Origin: Octopus vulgaris
Taxonomy: Eukaryota
NCBI GenBank assembly: GCA_951406725.2
Contig: OX597821.1
Location: 85,560,001-85,624,000 of the forward strand
Reading direction: 5' to 3'
DNA: 64,000 nucleotides
Shown: positions 39,601 through 57,112 of the stretch, in pieces
Layout: every line of letters begins with the position of its first letter
Numbering within the stretch: the first letter of the stretch is position 1
Program-made: the position numbers and the translations under genes
Notes under the pieces: generated by a model
What the model was told of the DNA's origin: nothing
Seen by the model: only the letters and a program-made list of their open reading frames with translations
Database searches by the model: none

Positions 39601-39860
39601 AGTCATTAGTAGGCTGTGATTTTCTTCATCTTAGTAAACATAGATTAATTCATGCATTGCTATTTCTTCAGTAAAATTTTTCTTTAGCATAAACTTTTCA
39701 ATAAACTGTTATTCTTCATTTCTTTGCAAAGATATTTTTATTGTGAAACTTTTATTTGAAAACATAGTTTTCGTATCTAGATTTGCATATTTTTAAATAC
39801 AAAATAGAAATATTTTTATTGCCTATGTTGATTAAATAAAATGTTTTATTGTAATATATA

Positions 39861-40599
39861 CAGGGTGCGGTGAATATATTGCCGTCTAAATTATGCAAAA
39901 ATGAAAATAACACTGACATCTCATTTTAACACATATTTACCAAAATTACATAAAATTATCTTGAAATAATAAAGAGTAAATTTATTCAATAAAATCGTCA
40001 TTAGCTTCAACCTTAGCCTCCAGACAACTTCAGAATCTACTGCAACTCTACTGGACGGTCTCCTTGTTTAAGTTGGTGAATGCAGCCATAATCTTTGCCT
40101 TCAAATTGTCTGACAGCCATGACTGGGTTCTCTTGCATGTGTGGCATGGTACAGAGTCCTGTTACTAGACAAAGGATCTTCCAGCAGTCACCCTCTTGAC
40201 CTATGACAGCAGTACCTCCTCCAGGCACTTGATGTAGGCCTCCTTGCTGAGTCTGAGGCTGTCAGGGAAAATGAATGGAGGCATAACAATGCTATCATTA
40301 GTGATCACTCCAAACACCATGATGTTGACTGGATGTTTGATTTTTATCACTCTAGGTGCATGCACTGTCCTCAGAGTGATACCCAAACACACTGAAATGA
40401 TTGCATTTGAGCTGCCAGTGCAAATGCTAAGCACTACAAATTTCTGGAAGAGTGAACTGTGTCAGGGTGCTGTTCTTCTCAGAGATGGTGCCCAGCTGAC
40501 CCTACAATACTGTGTAGTCAACAAAATCAAACAGAAACAATGCGAATATGCAAAATTAAAAAATATATAAAATAGCAACAATTTACCCATTGCACCTTG
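39861..40599 (-). mobile_element. Internally deleted maT/DD37D-like Tc1/mariner element
   Basis: Degenerate TIRs CAGGGTGCGGTGAATATATTG / CAATTTACCCATTGCACCTTG flanked by TA; minus strand KHPVNIMVFGVITNDSIVMPPFIFPDSLRL...YIKCLEEV...QDSVPCHT. Confidence 0.8.
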
Positions 40600-41226
40600 T
40601 ATATAAAAATTTGGCACATTTTAATTGATTCTTAGAATGTTTTCTATGCATACATATGTTCACTATGTATATATATATATATTTCTAGGGGGAAGAATTC
40701 ACAAAAAAACAAAAGATGAAGGCAGATGGTGTAGACAACAAACAGATGTATTAGTTTAATGCTCGGGAAGTGAAAAAGTCTTTAACGTTTCGAGCCTACG
40801 CTCTTCCACAGAAAGAAACAGGAAGAGAAAATAAAGAATGTGTAGAGGCTAACAATCTATCATGGTGAATGCCGGATAGAGGGATCACACAGGAGAGCTA
40901 GGAAGAAGGGGAGATAATAAAGTGGTGGTGGTCCCTAAAATGAAGGTGCATGTGCGTGTGTATAAGAGAGCATCTATGTACGTGTGTAAGAGGTCTGGTG
41001 ACCTTCAAGTGTGCATACGTGTGTGGATGATGGAGTGGGTGCTGGGAAGTGGACAGTGCTAGTGTGGGCGTGATGGTGTGATGTGATGTGGTGTTTTGTG
41101 GTATGGTGGTGTAGTGGTGTTGGGATGTGAGGGAGGCGAGAGTGTGAAAAGCAAGGGTGGGGTTAGAGGTGGGATATGTGGGAGTGGGTGTTAGGGAAGG
41201 GGTAGATACACAATAATATACATATA

Positions 41227-41385
41227 CAGGAGTGGCTGTGTGGTAAGTAGATTGCTTACCAACCACATGGTTCCGGGTTCAGTCCCACTGCGTGGCATCT
41301 TGGGCAAGTGTCTTCTGCTATAGCCCCGGGCCGACCAATGCCTTGTGAGTGGATTTGGTAGACAGAAACTGAAAGAAGCCTGTCG

Positions 41386-41422
<37 letters not shown>

Positions 41423-41610
41423 ATCTGTGTTTGTCCCCCGTAGCATTGCTTGACAACCGATGCTGGTGTGTTTACGTCCCCGTCACTTAGCAGTTCGGCA
41501 AAGGAGACCGATAGAATAAGTACTGGGCTTACAAAGAATAAGTCCCGGGGTCGATTTACTCGACTAAAGGCGGTGCTCCAGCATCAAATGACTGAAACAA
41601 GTAAAAGAGA
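41227..41610 (+). mobile_element. Main SINE, young copy
   Basis: Near-identical to 29096-29500 apart from a short deletion in the 3' tail. Confidence 0.9.
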
Positions 41611-41669
41611 AAGAGAAATACAAACAGATATCATCATCATCATCAAAGTCCAGAGTGCTAACCATTACA

Positions 41670-41710
<41 letters not shown>

Positions 41711-41905
41711 AAGATATATATATACGAAGACATATATATAGATACATATACATATACACAAAGATATTCATATATATATATATACAAAGATATACATATA
41801 GATACATATACATATATAGTTAATCCAAACAAGAAAACACAGAAAAAAACACAGCAACGCGAGACGTGGAACAATTAAAGTATTATTTGACGCTCAGGAA
41901 AGAAG

Positions 41906-42328
41906 GGAAAATCCTGGAGGGTCTTGTCCCAAACTTTGGCATTCAAAGTTACCCCAACCGCAGAACGGGGCGCCACTGCATGGTGCCCAGGATTCCAACA
42001 TCACCATCAAAATACAGGTCCAGATACTGCAACAGCTTGGGTTTCAGAGGACCACAGCTCTTTAACATCCTCCTAAATGCCTGAGAGACTTACATGGTGT
42101 GGATGTGGGTTTCTTTAAAACTAAACTGGATCTCTTCTTGTCGGGAGTCCCAGATGAACTTACCTCACGACAGGAGACGCGAATGCGGGCAGCAGCATCG
42201 AACTCCCTTGTTGATCAAGTGCCACGTATCAGAGGTGGATTCACAAATTAGTATAGCTCATTCAGCGGTGGTGCCCCAGCATGGCCGCAGCCTTCGGGCT
42301 AAAATATTTTTCAGGATTTAAGGATTTT
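41906..42328 (+). mobile_element. CR1-group LINE 3' end with (TTTAAGGA)-like tail
   Basis: KILEGLVPNFGI...[18 protein letters not shown]; near-identical to 43171-43590. Confidence 0.9.
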
Positions 42329-42416
42329 ATACATACATAGATATACATATAGATACATATACATATATACAAAGATATACATATACATATATACATATAG
42401 ATACATATACATATGT

Positions 42417-42720
42417 ATCACCGTGACTGACCGGACTATCAGATGTTGCTACACATCGCTGGTCACAATGCGTTTTTCACATTGTTTTAGCCTTCAAATG
42501 ATGCCACCCCACTGGCTAAGCGAGCAGGCCAACAGAAGAAAAAGTGAGAGAAAGTTGCGGAGAAAGAGTACAGCAGGGATCGCCACCACTCCCTGCCAGA
42601 GCCTCGCTGAAATTTTTGTCATTTTCGCTCAATAAACACTTAGAAGGGCTGGTCTGGAAATCAAAACCGCGATCCTACAACTGCGAGTCCACTGCCCTAA
42701 ACTGGGCCATTGCACCTCCA
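42417..42720 (-). mobile_element. Another tRNA-derived SINE family
   Basis: Reverse complement begins TGGAGGTGCAATGGCCCAGTTTAGGGCAG (A-box-like) and has GCGGTTTTGATTTCC (degenerate B box). The body is unrelated to the main SINE. Confidence 0.6.
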
Positions 42721-42965
42721 CATATATATATATATATACACATAGCTATACAACGATATACATATATATATATATATAAATATGTACATACACATACATA
42801 CATATATATATATATAAATATATATATATAAATATGTACATACACATACATACATATATATATATATAAATATATATATATAAATATGTACATACACATA
42901 CATACATATATATATAAATATGTACATACACATATATATATATAAATATGTACATACACATACAT

Positions 42966-43589
42966 ACATTTGTCCTCAGCCGCTTGGACTACTGCTCCCA
43001 ACTTTGGTCACCACACAATATAAAACAAACAGCAGAACTCGAAGCAACTCAGAGAAGCTACACAAAGAAAATCGTCTCAATGCAAAATGTCAGCTACTGG
43101 GAAAGACTGAAGGTATTAAACCTCTTCTCCCTGGAGCGGAGGCGGAGAAGATATGCAGTAATATACATCTGGAAAATCCTGGAGGGTCTTGTCCCAAACT
43201 TTGGCATTCAAAGTTACTCCAACCGCAGAACGGGCGCCGCTGCGTGGTGCCAAGGATTCCAACATCACCATCAAAATACAGGTCCAGATACTGCAACAGC
43301 TTGGGTTTCAGAGGACCACAGCTTTTCAACATCCTCCCTAAATGCCTGAGAGACTTACATGGTGTGGATGTGGGTTTCTTTAAAACTAAACTGGATCTCT
43401 TCTTGTTGGGAGTCCCAGATGAACCTACCTCACGACAGGAGACACGGATGCGGGCAGCAGCATCGAATATCCTTGTTGATCAAGTGCCACGTATCAGAGG
43501 TGGATTCACAAACTAGTGTGGCTCATTCAGCGGTGGTGCCCCAGCATGGCCGCGGCCTTCGAGCTAAAACATTTTTAAGGATTTAAGGA

Positions 43590-43590
<1 letters not shown>
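42966..43590 (+). mobile_element. CR1-group LINE 3' fragment inserted in an AT minisatellite
   Basis: [16 protein letters not shown]...SYWERLKVLNLFSLERRR...WKILEGLVPN...QVPRIRGGFTN*, short UTR, tail TTTTTAAGGATTTAAGGAT. Confidence 0.92.
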
Positions 43591-45540
<1,950 letters not shown>

Positions 45541-45683
45541 TTGTTCGAAAGGTGGAGTACATAAGTCAGCCGAAAACTGATGAAGTTTTCTATTTGTTTC
45601 TTTCGTTGTTCTCAAAGAAAGTTCATATTCCATGTCTTCATATTTCATGTTTACGTTTTATGACATCCTATATCCATATTTCC

Positions 45684-45729
<46 letters not shown>

Positions 45730-45856
45730 GTATGCAAGTATGTATGCACATATGTGTATATAACCCATGCTAGCATGGAAAACAGATGTTAAATGTTGAT
45801 GATGATGTATATTTTTATATGATTGAATGCCACGCATCCATTTCCAATTAAGTACA

Positions 45857-46145
45857 ACCAAAGCCTTGTGAGTAGATTTGGTAGACGGAAACTGAAAAGA
45901 AGCCCGTCGTATATATGTATATATATATATATGCATGTGTGTGTTTGTGTGTCTGTGTTTGTCCCCCTAGCATTGCTTGACAACCGATGCTGGTGTGTTT
46001 ATGTCCCAGTTACTTAGCGGTTCGGCAAAAGAGACCGATAGAATAAGTACTGGGCTTACAAAAGAATAAGTCATGCTCAATTAAAGGCTTCAGCATGGCG
46101 GCAATCAAATGACTGAAACAAGTAAAAGAGTAAACAAGTAAAAAG
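45857..46145 (+). mobile_element. Main SINE, 5'-truncated
   Basis: CCAAAGCCTTGTGAGTAGATTTGGTAGACGGAAACTG...ATGACTGAAACAAGTAAAAGAG. Confidence 0.85.
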
Positions 46146-46149
46146 AGAG

Positions 46150-46346
46150 AGTATACATGTATATGAATATATACACATATTCATGTACACAAATATTTAT
46201 ATACATGCATATATATATATACATGAATATATACATGCATATATATACATGCATATATATATACATATATATATGCATATATATATGCATGTATATATGT
46301 ATATATATATGCATATACATATATACATGCATATATATATACATGC

Positions 46347-46396
<50 letters not shown>

Positions 46397-46469
46397 AAAA
46401 AGCATCCTAGTTAAGGACCATATTCATGTGAATTCATTAGAATTCACTTGAATCTCAATTACTTAAACC

Positions 46470-46527
<58 letters not shown>

Positions 46528-46894
46528 TATATATATATATATATATATACATGCATATATATATATGTATATATATACATGCATATATATATGTATATAT
46601 ATACATGCATATATATATGTATATATATACATGCATATATATATATATACATGCACATTTACATACACACATATATATGCACATAAATATATACACATAT
46701 GCACGAGCCTGGTGCAGCCAACTGGCTCACAAGTCCCCAATCAAACCGTTCAACCCATGCCAGCATGGGAAGCAGACTTTAACCGATGATGATGACGCAC
46801 ACACAAATACATATGCTCATATCAATATATACACACACGTATATATGTACATATACACACGTGCATATATACATACATACATACACACACACAC

Positions 46895-46943
<49 letters not shown>

Positions 46944-47516
46944 GATATGCATATATATATATATACATATATACATAAACACATACATATAGATATACAT
47001 ATATACATACATACATACACACACACACATATACATATATATATATATATATATACATAAACACACACATATATATAGATATATATACATATATATATAT
47101 ACATAAACACATACATATATATAGATATATATACATATATATATATACATAAACACATACATATATATATATACATATATATATATACATAAACACATAC
47201 ATATAGATATATATACATATATATATATACATAAACACATACATATAGATATATATACATATATACTAGAGTGTGCACATAAATACGAAACAAGGTGGAA
47301 AAAATAGTACTGGAATATTGGAGATAAAGTATTATCCTTTACTAAAAAGAAGCAAAAGTGTCACAAAAAATGTTACTCAGAGATTCACGTTTCCAATCAT
47401 AGGACACTTTTGTTTCGCTGCTTTTTAATAAACTGTATATATATATATATATACACATACATATACACACACATGCATGCATATATAATTATATATATAC
47501 AGATATAGATATATAC

Positions 47517-47563
<47 letters not shown>

Positions 47564-48318
47564 TATATATATATATATACATACACGTATATATATATAT
47601 ACACATACATCTATTTATATATATATATATATATACACACATATATATTTATATATATAAACATATATATTTATATATATAAACATATATTTATATATAT
47701 ATATATATTTATATATATGTTTATACATATACATCTAACTATATTTACATGTATACATATATATATCTACATATATATGTTTATACATATACATCTATGT
47801 ATACATGTATATATATTTACATATATATGTTTATACATATACATCTATCTATATTTATATGTATACATGTATATATATTTACATATATAAGTTTATACAT
47901 ATACATCTATATATATTTACATATATAAGTTTATACATATATATACATATATATTTACATATATACGCGTATATATATTAACATACAAATAAATGAAAGA
48001 ATGGAATTATATTAACATATATATATTTATACATAAACATCTATATATATATATATATGTTTATACATAAACATCTATATATATACATATATGTTTATAC
48101 ATAAACATCTATATATATACATACATATATATATATATGTCTATACATAAACATCTATACATATATACATACACACATATATATATGTCTATACATAAAC
48201 ATCTATACATATATAAATACACACACATATATATATGTCTATACATAAACATCTATACATATATACATACACACACATATATATATGTCTATACATAAAC
48301 ATCTATACATATATACAT

Positions 48319-48365
<47 letters not shown>

Positions 48366-48377
48366 TATACATAAAGA

Positions 48378-48453
<76 letters not shown>

Positions 48454-49005
48454 TATATGTTTATACATAAACATCTTTCACGCTCAGAGTTGCTGAAGCA
48501 TGGAATAAACTGCCTGTGTCAGTTGTTGACTGCCATGACACTGCATCCTTTAAGGCCCTCATGCTTTCCGAAATCCGCCGAAAATACACCTGATTATATA
48601 TACACTTTAGATGAGTTGTAGTGCACCTGAGCACTGTACACAATTATTATTATTATTATTATATATATATATTTATGTTTATACATAAACATCTATATAT
48701 ATACATATATGTTTATACATAAACATCTATATATATACATATATGTTTATACATAAACATCTATATATGTTTATACATAAACATCTATATATACATATAT
48801 GTTTATACATAAACATCTATATATATATATATATATATATATATGTTTATACATAAACATCTATATATATATATATACACATATATACGTGTATATATTT
48901 TATATATACATGTATATATGTTCATATATATACATGTATATATATTTATATATATACATGTATATACATTTATGTATATACATATATATATATATTTATA
49001 TATTT
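46150..49005. repeat. Compound AT-rich micro/minisatellite field
   Basis: Successive arrays built on ATGCAT, ACATAAAC and ACATAAACATCT units within (TA)n, with small retroelement fragments embedded. Confidence 0.95.
48476..48660 (+). mobile_element. CR1-type LINE 3' end with (ATT)n tail
   Basis: TTCACGCTCAGAGTTGCTGAAGCATGGAATAAACTGCCT translates as [13 protein letters not shown]; ends CACCTGAGCACTGTACACA-(ATT)n. Confidence 0.85.
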
Positions 49006-50810
49006 TAATTTTTACTCACTTATTTCCATCTGAGTAAAAATTAAAATTTTAAATCTCTTTAATCCAGAAACACATATTTGGTTGATCAAAGCCAGGTGGA
49101 TTAATTATTTTTCTCTTTACCTACGTGAATTGAGAGTACTGCTGTCTGGGAGATATCTTATGGTAGAGGAATAATATTTAACTGCTATTTCTAAATTTTG
49201 GTATGTGGTGAAGCAATTTGCTGAACCCTAATTATAATTATGCTTATAATTATAGAATTTTTGTATAAGGTTTCCCATAAATGTTTTTTTAACCTACTGA
49301 AGGATGTGGTAAAAATTATTGATTATTAATTAACTGATTTTACCCTTTATTATTATCAATATATATACATATATAGGTATGTTGATGCAAACAGGAAAAA
49401 TAGAACTCAAAGTATGAGTGTGTTGGCACTTATCAAACTAGTTTCAGCCCTTGAGTCACTCTGTTACTTCTGCTAAACATTAATAAATATATAAATGTAT
49501 ATATACACACACACACACACCCACAAACATACATACATACAAAAGTACACATATATGTATGTATATACACAAATACATATACATACACACATGATAGACT
49601 TTTACTTTCCACCAAATTCCCTCACAAGGGCTGGTTGGCTTTAGACTCTAGAAGACACTTCACCATGGTGCCATGCAGTGGGACTGAACCCTGAACTATG
49701 TACATGGAAGTAAGGTTAATAAGCACATAGCCTTTCCTGTACTTTATAACAAACCTTACATAGACACACACACTAACACATATATGTATGTATGTATGTA
49801 TGTATGTATATTATACACACACAGAGGTCATTATCATCATTTACATAATCCACTTTCCCGTGCTTGTATACGTTGGATGAAATTTTATTGGGGTGCATTT
49901 TCTGTGGTCAGATGTTCTTCCTCTTGCCAACCATCACCTGCTTCCAAGTAAGGTAATGATTCCATGATCAGATATGATCTCACTTTAAGACTAGAAGCAA
50001 AGGACATATTTTGTTTGACAGTAACATTCATTTAGAACTATCACAGGATCTCAAGACTATGAAACAGGATCACACACTGGGCTTCTTTCAGTTACCCTAA
50101 GTGAAATTCAACCATAAAACTTTGGTTGGCCCAGCACTTAAAGGACCCTAAACCAAGGTGTCCTCAGGGGGATTAAACCCACATCCATAGTTGGGAAGCA
50201 GGGGGATTAAACCCACATCCATAGTTGGGAAGCAACTCAGTTATGCATGCACCTATTTTATGTATATATTTGGATATATATACATACATACACACATACA
50301 TGCATCTATTGCATCTATGTGTGGTCTCTTTCCACTTATGAGGTACAAGGCATCCCCTTTATTGCTAGTGACATAAGTATCCGTTAGCATACTCAATATG
50401 TGGTTGGCGATCAATCTAAGCATCAACAACAGGGCTTGAGAAGATTCTGTAGTTTTTCTAACAGCAAGGGTAACCTCTTTACTGCAGATGCAATGAAAAA
50501 ATGCTCCCAGTACGCTCTGTCAAATGGTTGATGCTATGAAAGTACAACCAGCTGTATGACACCAGAAAAATCTGACAATGGTGCAAACATGGACAACTAG
50601 TCCTTTGGATCTCATTGAATCTCATATGTGTAACCTATACAGTCCTTTGGATCTCATATGTGTAACCTATACAGGTATAGAAGACGTATAAAATAATTTT
50701 CTGATGATGTATCAGTATTCCTAGACAAACACTCACACACACAAGTGGATGTTCGTATACATCGTGTGTGTGGGTATATATATATATATAGATATAGATA
50801 CACATATGAA

Positions 50811-51173
50811 TAAATCCTTAAAAATATTTCATCTCGAAGACTGTGGCCATGCTGGGGTACCACCGCTGAATGAGCTACACTAATATATGAAACCACCTCT
50901 GATACGTGGCACTTGGTCAACAAGGGAGTTCGATGCCGCTGCCCACATCTGTGTCTCCTGTCGTGAGGTAGGTTCATCTGGGACCCCCGACAAGAAGAGA
51001 TCCAGTTTAGTTTTAAAGAAACCCACATCCACACCAGGCAAGTCTCTCAGGCATTTAGGGAGGATGTTGAAGAGCTGTGGTCCTCTGAAACCCAAGCTGT
51101 TGCAGTATCTGGTCCTGTATTTTCATGGTGATGTTGGAATCTTTGGCACCATGCACTGGTGCCCCGTTCTGCA
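50811..51173 (-). mobile_element. CR1-group LINE 3' end
   Basis: Reverse complement of the 41960-42325 and 43225-43590 family ([18 protein letters not shown]...QVPRIRGGF). Confidence 0.9.
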
Positions 51174-51299
51174 GTATATATATTTCATATATATATATAT
51201 ATATATAAAAGTTTAGTGCAGTCCTTTCTCAATTCCTGCAAAACTGTCCAACCCATACCAGGGTGAAAACTGGAAATGGAACAGTGGCAATATATATAT

Positions 51300-51342
<43 letters not shown>

Positions 51343-51344
<2 letters not shown>

Positions 51345-51502
51345 TGATGGGCTTCTTTCAGTTTCCGTCTACCAGATCCACTCACAAGGCTTTGGTCAGC
51401 CCGAGGCTATAGTAGAAGACACTTGCCCAAGGTGCCACGCAGTTGGACAGAACCCGGAACCATGCAGTTGGTTAGCAAGCTACTTACCAGACAGCCACTC
51501 CT
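51343..51502 (-). mobile_element. 5' half of the main SINE, adjacent to a short RTE tail (51510-51562)
   Basis: GGGCTTCTTTCAGTTTCCGTCTACC...CAGCCACTCC, then (CAT)n-CGTTTAGCATCCGTTTTCCATGCTAGCATGGGTTGGAC. Confidence 0.8.
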
Positions 51503-51691
51503 TATATATATCATCATCATCATCGTTTAGCATCCGTTTTCCATGCTAGCATGGGTTGGACATATAATATATATATATATATATAATATATATATATATA
51601 ATATATATATCATATGTATATATATATAGTATATTATATATATATATTATATATATATAATATATATAATATATTATATATATATCATATG

Positions 51692-51725
<34 letters not shown>

Positions 51726-51743
51726 ATATAATATACTATACAA

Positions 51744-51782
<39 letters not shown>

Positions 51783-51915
51783 TCATATGTATATTTATAA
51801 TATATTATATATAAATTATATATATAATATACTATATATATATAAATATATATATATAATATACTATATATATAATAAATATATATATATATAATATACT
51901 ATATATATAATAAAC

Positions 51916-51951
<36 letters not shown>

Positions 51952-52614
51952 ATAATAAACTATATATATATTATATATATATATAATAAACTATATATAT
52001 GATATACTATAAACTTAGCATATATAATATATTATATATATATATATAATATACTATATATATATATTATATATAATATACTATATATATTATATATATA
52101 TATACACACAAATCAATACATCTATACATATCTATATATATATCATGATATCTAACTATTTATATATATATATGTCAATATATATATACATATATCTGTG
52201 TATATCAATATATATACATATATCTATATATATATCAATATATATATACATATATCTCTGTATATCAATATATATATACATATATCGCTGTATATCAATA
52301 TATATATATACATATATCTATGTATATCAATATATATATATACATATATCTATGTATATCAATATATATATACATATATCTATGTATATCAATATATATA
52401 TATACATATATCTATCTAAATCAATATATATATATACATATATCTATCTAAATCAATATATATATATACATATATCTATCTAAATCAATATATATATATA
52501 CATATATCTATCTAAATCAATATATATATATACATATATCTATCTAAATCAATATATATATATACATATATCTATCTAAATCAATATATATATATATATA
52601 TATACATATATCTA

Positions 52615-52659
<45 letters not shown>

Positions 52660-52810
52660 CATATATCTATCTGTATAAATATATCAATAAATATATCAAT
52701 ATATATATATATATATATATATATTATACATATATCTATCTGTATAAATATATCAATATATCATCATATCAGCATCATCATTTAGCGTCCGTTTTCCATG
52801 CTAGCATGGG

Positions 52811-52848
<38 letters not shown>

Positions 52849-52886
52849 CTATCTATATAAATATATCAATATATGTATATATATAT

Positions 52887-52917
<31 letters not shown>

Positions 52918-53203
52918 CATATATCAATATATATATGTATATATACATATATCTATCTATATATATCAATATATACATATATATCAATATATACATATAT
53001 ATCTATATATACATATATATCTATATATATCAATATATACATATATATCTCAATATATATATATACATATATATATATACCAATATATATATATATCTAT
53101 TTATATACATATATCTATATATACGTATATCTATATCTATCTATATATATTTATATATATACATATATCTATCTATCTATCTAAACATATATCTATCAAT
53201 ATA

Positions 53204-53243
<40 letters not shown>

Positions 53244-53323
53244 CATATATATCTATATATCTATACATATATCTATCTATACATACATATATCTATATAT
53301 ATCTATACATATATCTGTATCTA

Positions 53324-53363
<40 letters not shown>

Positions 53364-53371
53364 TACATATA

Positions 53372-53575
53372 TAATCCTTAAAAAAATGTTTCAGCCTGAA
53401 AGCTGCGGCTATGCTGGGGCACCACCATACAATGTGCTACACATTATATGAAACCACCTTTGATACATGGCACTTGATCAACATGGGTGTTCAATGACGC
53501 GGCCCTTATCTGTGTTTCCTGACGAGAGGGAAGTTCATCTGGAAACCCTGACAAGAAGAGATCCAGTTTAATTTT
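53372..53575 (-). mobile_element. CR1-group LINE 3' end (short)
   Basis: AATCCTTAAAAAAATGTTTCAGCC...ATGCTGGGGCACCACC...GACAAGAAGAGATCCAGTTT. Confidence 0.8.
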
Positions 53576-53639
53576 TTTATATATATCTATATATCTATAT
53601 CTATCTATATATATATATATATATACATCTATATCTCTC

Positions 53640-53683
<44 letters not shown>

Positions 53684-54200
53684 TATATCTCTCTATATAT
53701 ACATATATATATATATACATATCTATATATATTTATTTATATATATATACATATTTATTTATATATCTATATATATTTATTTATATATATATATACATCT
53801 TTATTTATATGTATATATACATCTTTATTTATATATATATACATATTTATTTATATATATATACATATTTATTTATATATATATATATATATACATATCT
53901 ATATATATTTCTTTATATATATATATATACATATTTATTCATATATATATATATATACATATTTATTCATATATATATATACACATATTTATTCATATAT
54001 ATATATATACACATATCTATATCTATATGCACATATCTATATCTATACATATATACACATATCTATATCTATCTCTCTCTATATACATATCTATATCTAT
54101 CTCTCTATATATACATATCTATATCTATCTCTCTATATATACATATCTATATCTATCTCTCTATATACATATCTATATATATATATACATATTTATTTAT

Positions 54201-54231
<31 letters not shown>

Positions 54232-54344
54232 CTATATCTTTACATATATCTGTATCCATATGAATATCGATATATATATCTATATATCAATATCCATATA
54301 TGTATAAATCTATCTATCTATATATATGTTTTATATATTTATTT

Positions 54345-54525
54345 AAATTTTATCTAGTTTCAGCTCACGAGCTCTGGCCATGCTGGGTCACCGCCATTTG
54401 GTGTTGCTACATGATTTTACTTCACGAATGCTTTTTAGCAACTGCCATTTGGTGCATGAGAGAGTTCGATGCAGCTGCCCTCATTTGCACCTCCTGCCGT
54501 GAAGTTGGTTCATCCGGGACACCTG
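54345..54525 (-). mobile_element. CR1-group LINE 3' end (subfamily of 38556-39600)
   Basis: Minus strand [34 protein letters not shown], as in the 38580-38882 ORF. Confidence 0.8.
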
Positions 54526-54548
54526 ACATATATATATATAAATATATG

Positions 54549-54584
<36 letters not shown>

Positions 54585-54676
54585 CATACGTGTATGTGTG
54601 TGTATACATATATATACACATATATGGATATATATATGTATCTGTATAAAGATATGTATATGTCTATATATGTATA

Positions 54677-54715
<39 letters not shown>

Positions 54716-54991
54716 CTGTATGAAGATATGCATATATATATATATGTATAGTTTTTTATATATATATATAAATGTATGGATATATATATATAAATAAATA
54801 TATCGATATAAATATATAGATTTATCCATACATATGTATAAAAATATATGTATATATATCTATCAACATAAATATACAGATTTATCCATATATATGTATA
54901 GAAATTTATGTATATATATATATCGATATAAATATATATATATATACAGATATATATATACTGATATAAATATATAGATATACCTATATAC

Positions 54992-55330
54992 ATCCTTAAA
55001 TCCTTACAAATCTATTTGCCTGAAATCTATGGCCATGCTGGTGCACCACCGTTGAATGAGCTACAGTAGTATGTGAAACCACCTGTGATATATGGCACTT
55101 GATCAACAAGTGAGTTCGACGCCGCTGCCTGCATCTGTGTTCCTTGCCGAGAGGTAGGTTGATCTGGAACCCTTGACAAGAAGAGATGCAGTTTAGTTTT
55201 AAAGAAACCCACATCCACACCATGCAGGTCTCACAGGCATTTAGGAAGGATATTGAAGAGATGTGGTCCCCTGAAACCCAAGCTATTGCAGTATCTGGTC
55301 CTGTATTTTGATTGTGATGTTGGGATTTTG
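54992..55330 (-). mobile_element. CR1-group LINE 3' end
   Basis: Tail ATCCTTAAATCCTTAC and coding [24 protein letters not shown]. Confidence 0.85.
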
Positions 55331-55683
55331 TATAGATCTATATGTATAGATATATATAGCTTTATAACTATATCCATCTATATATCACTATATACATCTA
55401 TCTATCTCTCTCTCTCTCTATATATATATATACCTATATGTATATATATATCTAAATATGTATCTCTCTCTATATATATATATCTGCATATATATCTATA
55501 TATCTATATATATATATCTATATATCTATATATATATATCTATATATATATCTATATATATTATATATATCTATCTATCTATCCATATATATATCTATCT
55601 ATCTATCCATATATATATCTATCTATCTATCCATATATATATCTATCTATCTATCCATATATATATCTATCTATCTATCCATA

Positions 55684-55735
<52 letters not shown>

Positions 55736-55849
55736 CATATATCTATCTATCCATATATCTATCTATCCATATATCTATCTATCCATATATCTATCTATCT
55801 ATCTATCTATATATATATATCTATCTATCTATCTATCTATCTATATCTA

Positions 55850-55942
<93 letters not shown>

Positions 55943-56238
55943 ATATATAACTATATATATATCTATATATATCTATATATCTATATATCTATATACATCT
56001 ATATATATATATATCTATATACATCTATATATATATATATCTATATACATCTATATATATATATATATCTATATCCATCTATATATATATATATCTATCT
56101 ATATCTATATATATATATATCTATATACATAATATATATATATATATATCTATATACATCTATATATATATATATATCTATATACATATATATATATATA
56201 TATATATCTATATATATATATATATATATATATCTATA

Positions 56239-56276
<38 letters not shown>

Positions 56277-56883
56277 TATATACATATATATATATATATA
56301 TATCTATATATATCTATCTATCTATATATATATATATCTATATACATCTATATATATATATATACTATATATCTATATATATCTATATACATATATATAT
56401 ATATACCTATATACATCTATATATATACCTATATACATATATATATATATATACCTATATACATCTATATATATATATACCTATATACATCTATATATAT
56501 ATATACCTATATACATCTATATATATACCTATATACATCTATATATATATATACCTATATACATCTATATATATATATACCTATATACATCTATATATAT
56601 ATATACCTATATACATCTATATATATATATATACCTATATACATCTATATATATATATATACCTATATACATCTATATATATATATATACCTATATACAT
56701 CTATATATATATATATACCTATATACATCTATATATATATATATATATATATATACATACATCTATATATATATAACTTTATATCTCTTTGTCTCTCATA
56801 TCATCATCATTGTTTAATGCCTATTTGCCTTGCTAGCACAGGTTGATAAAAATACAGATATATACAAATATATGTATATATAA

Positions 56884-56932
<49 letters not shown>

Positions 56933-56934
56933 GA

Positions 56935-57112
56935 TTTTGCTAAATTGGCAATGAAATGTATCGTCGGCTGACTGGATGGATTCTTAGGACCTTGAAAACA
57001 AGAAACCAGGAAACCATGATGGCCCTCTGGATGACATTTGTCCTAAGCCACTTTGACTAATGCTCTCAGCTATGTTCACCATCCAGTGCCAAGTTAATCA
57101 CAGAACTTGTGA
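56935..57112 (+). mobile_element. Internal CR1-group fragment
   Basis: LTGWILRTLKTRNQETMMALWMTFVLSHFD*CSQL; homologous to 35500-35670 and to the reverse complement of 39040-39200. Confidence 0.8.

Noticed and set aside
50700-50740. CTGATGA as another hammerhead core (also at 21422 and 45577)
   Set aside because: No suitably placed stem II and GAAA downstream; the 21422 instance is a standard Helitron internal motif.
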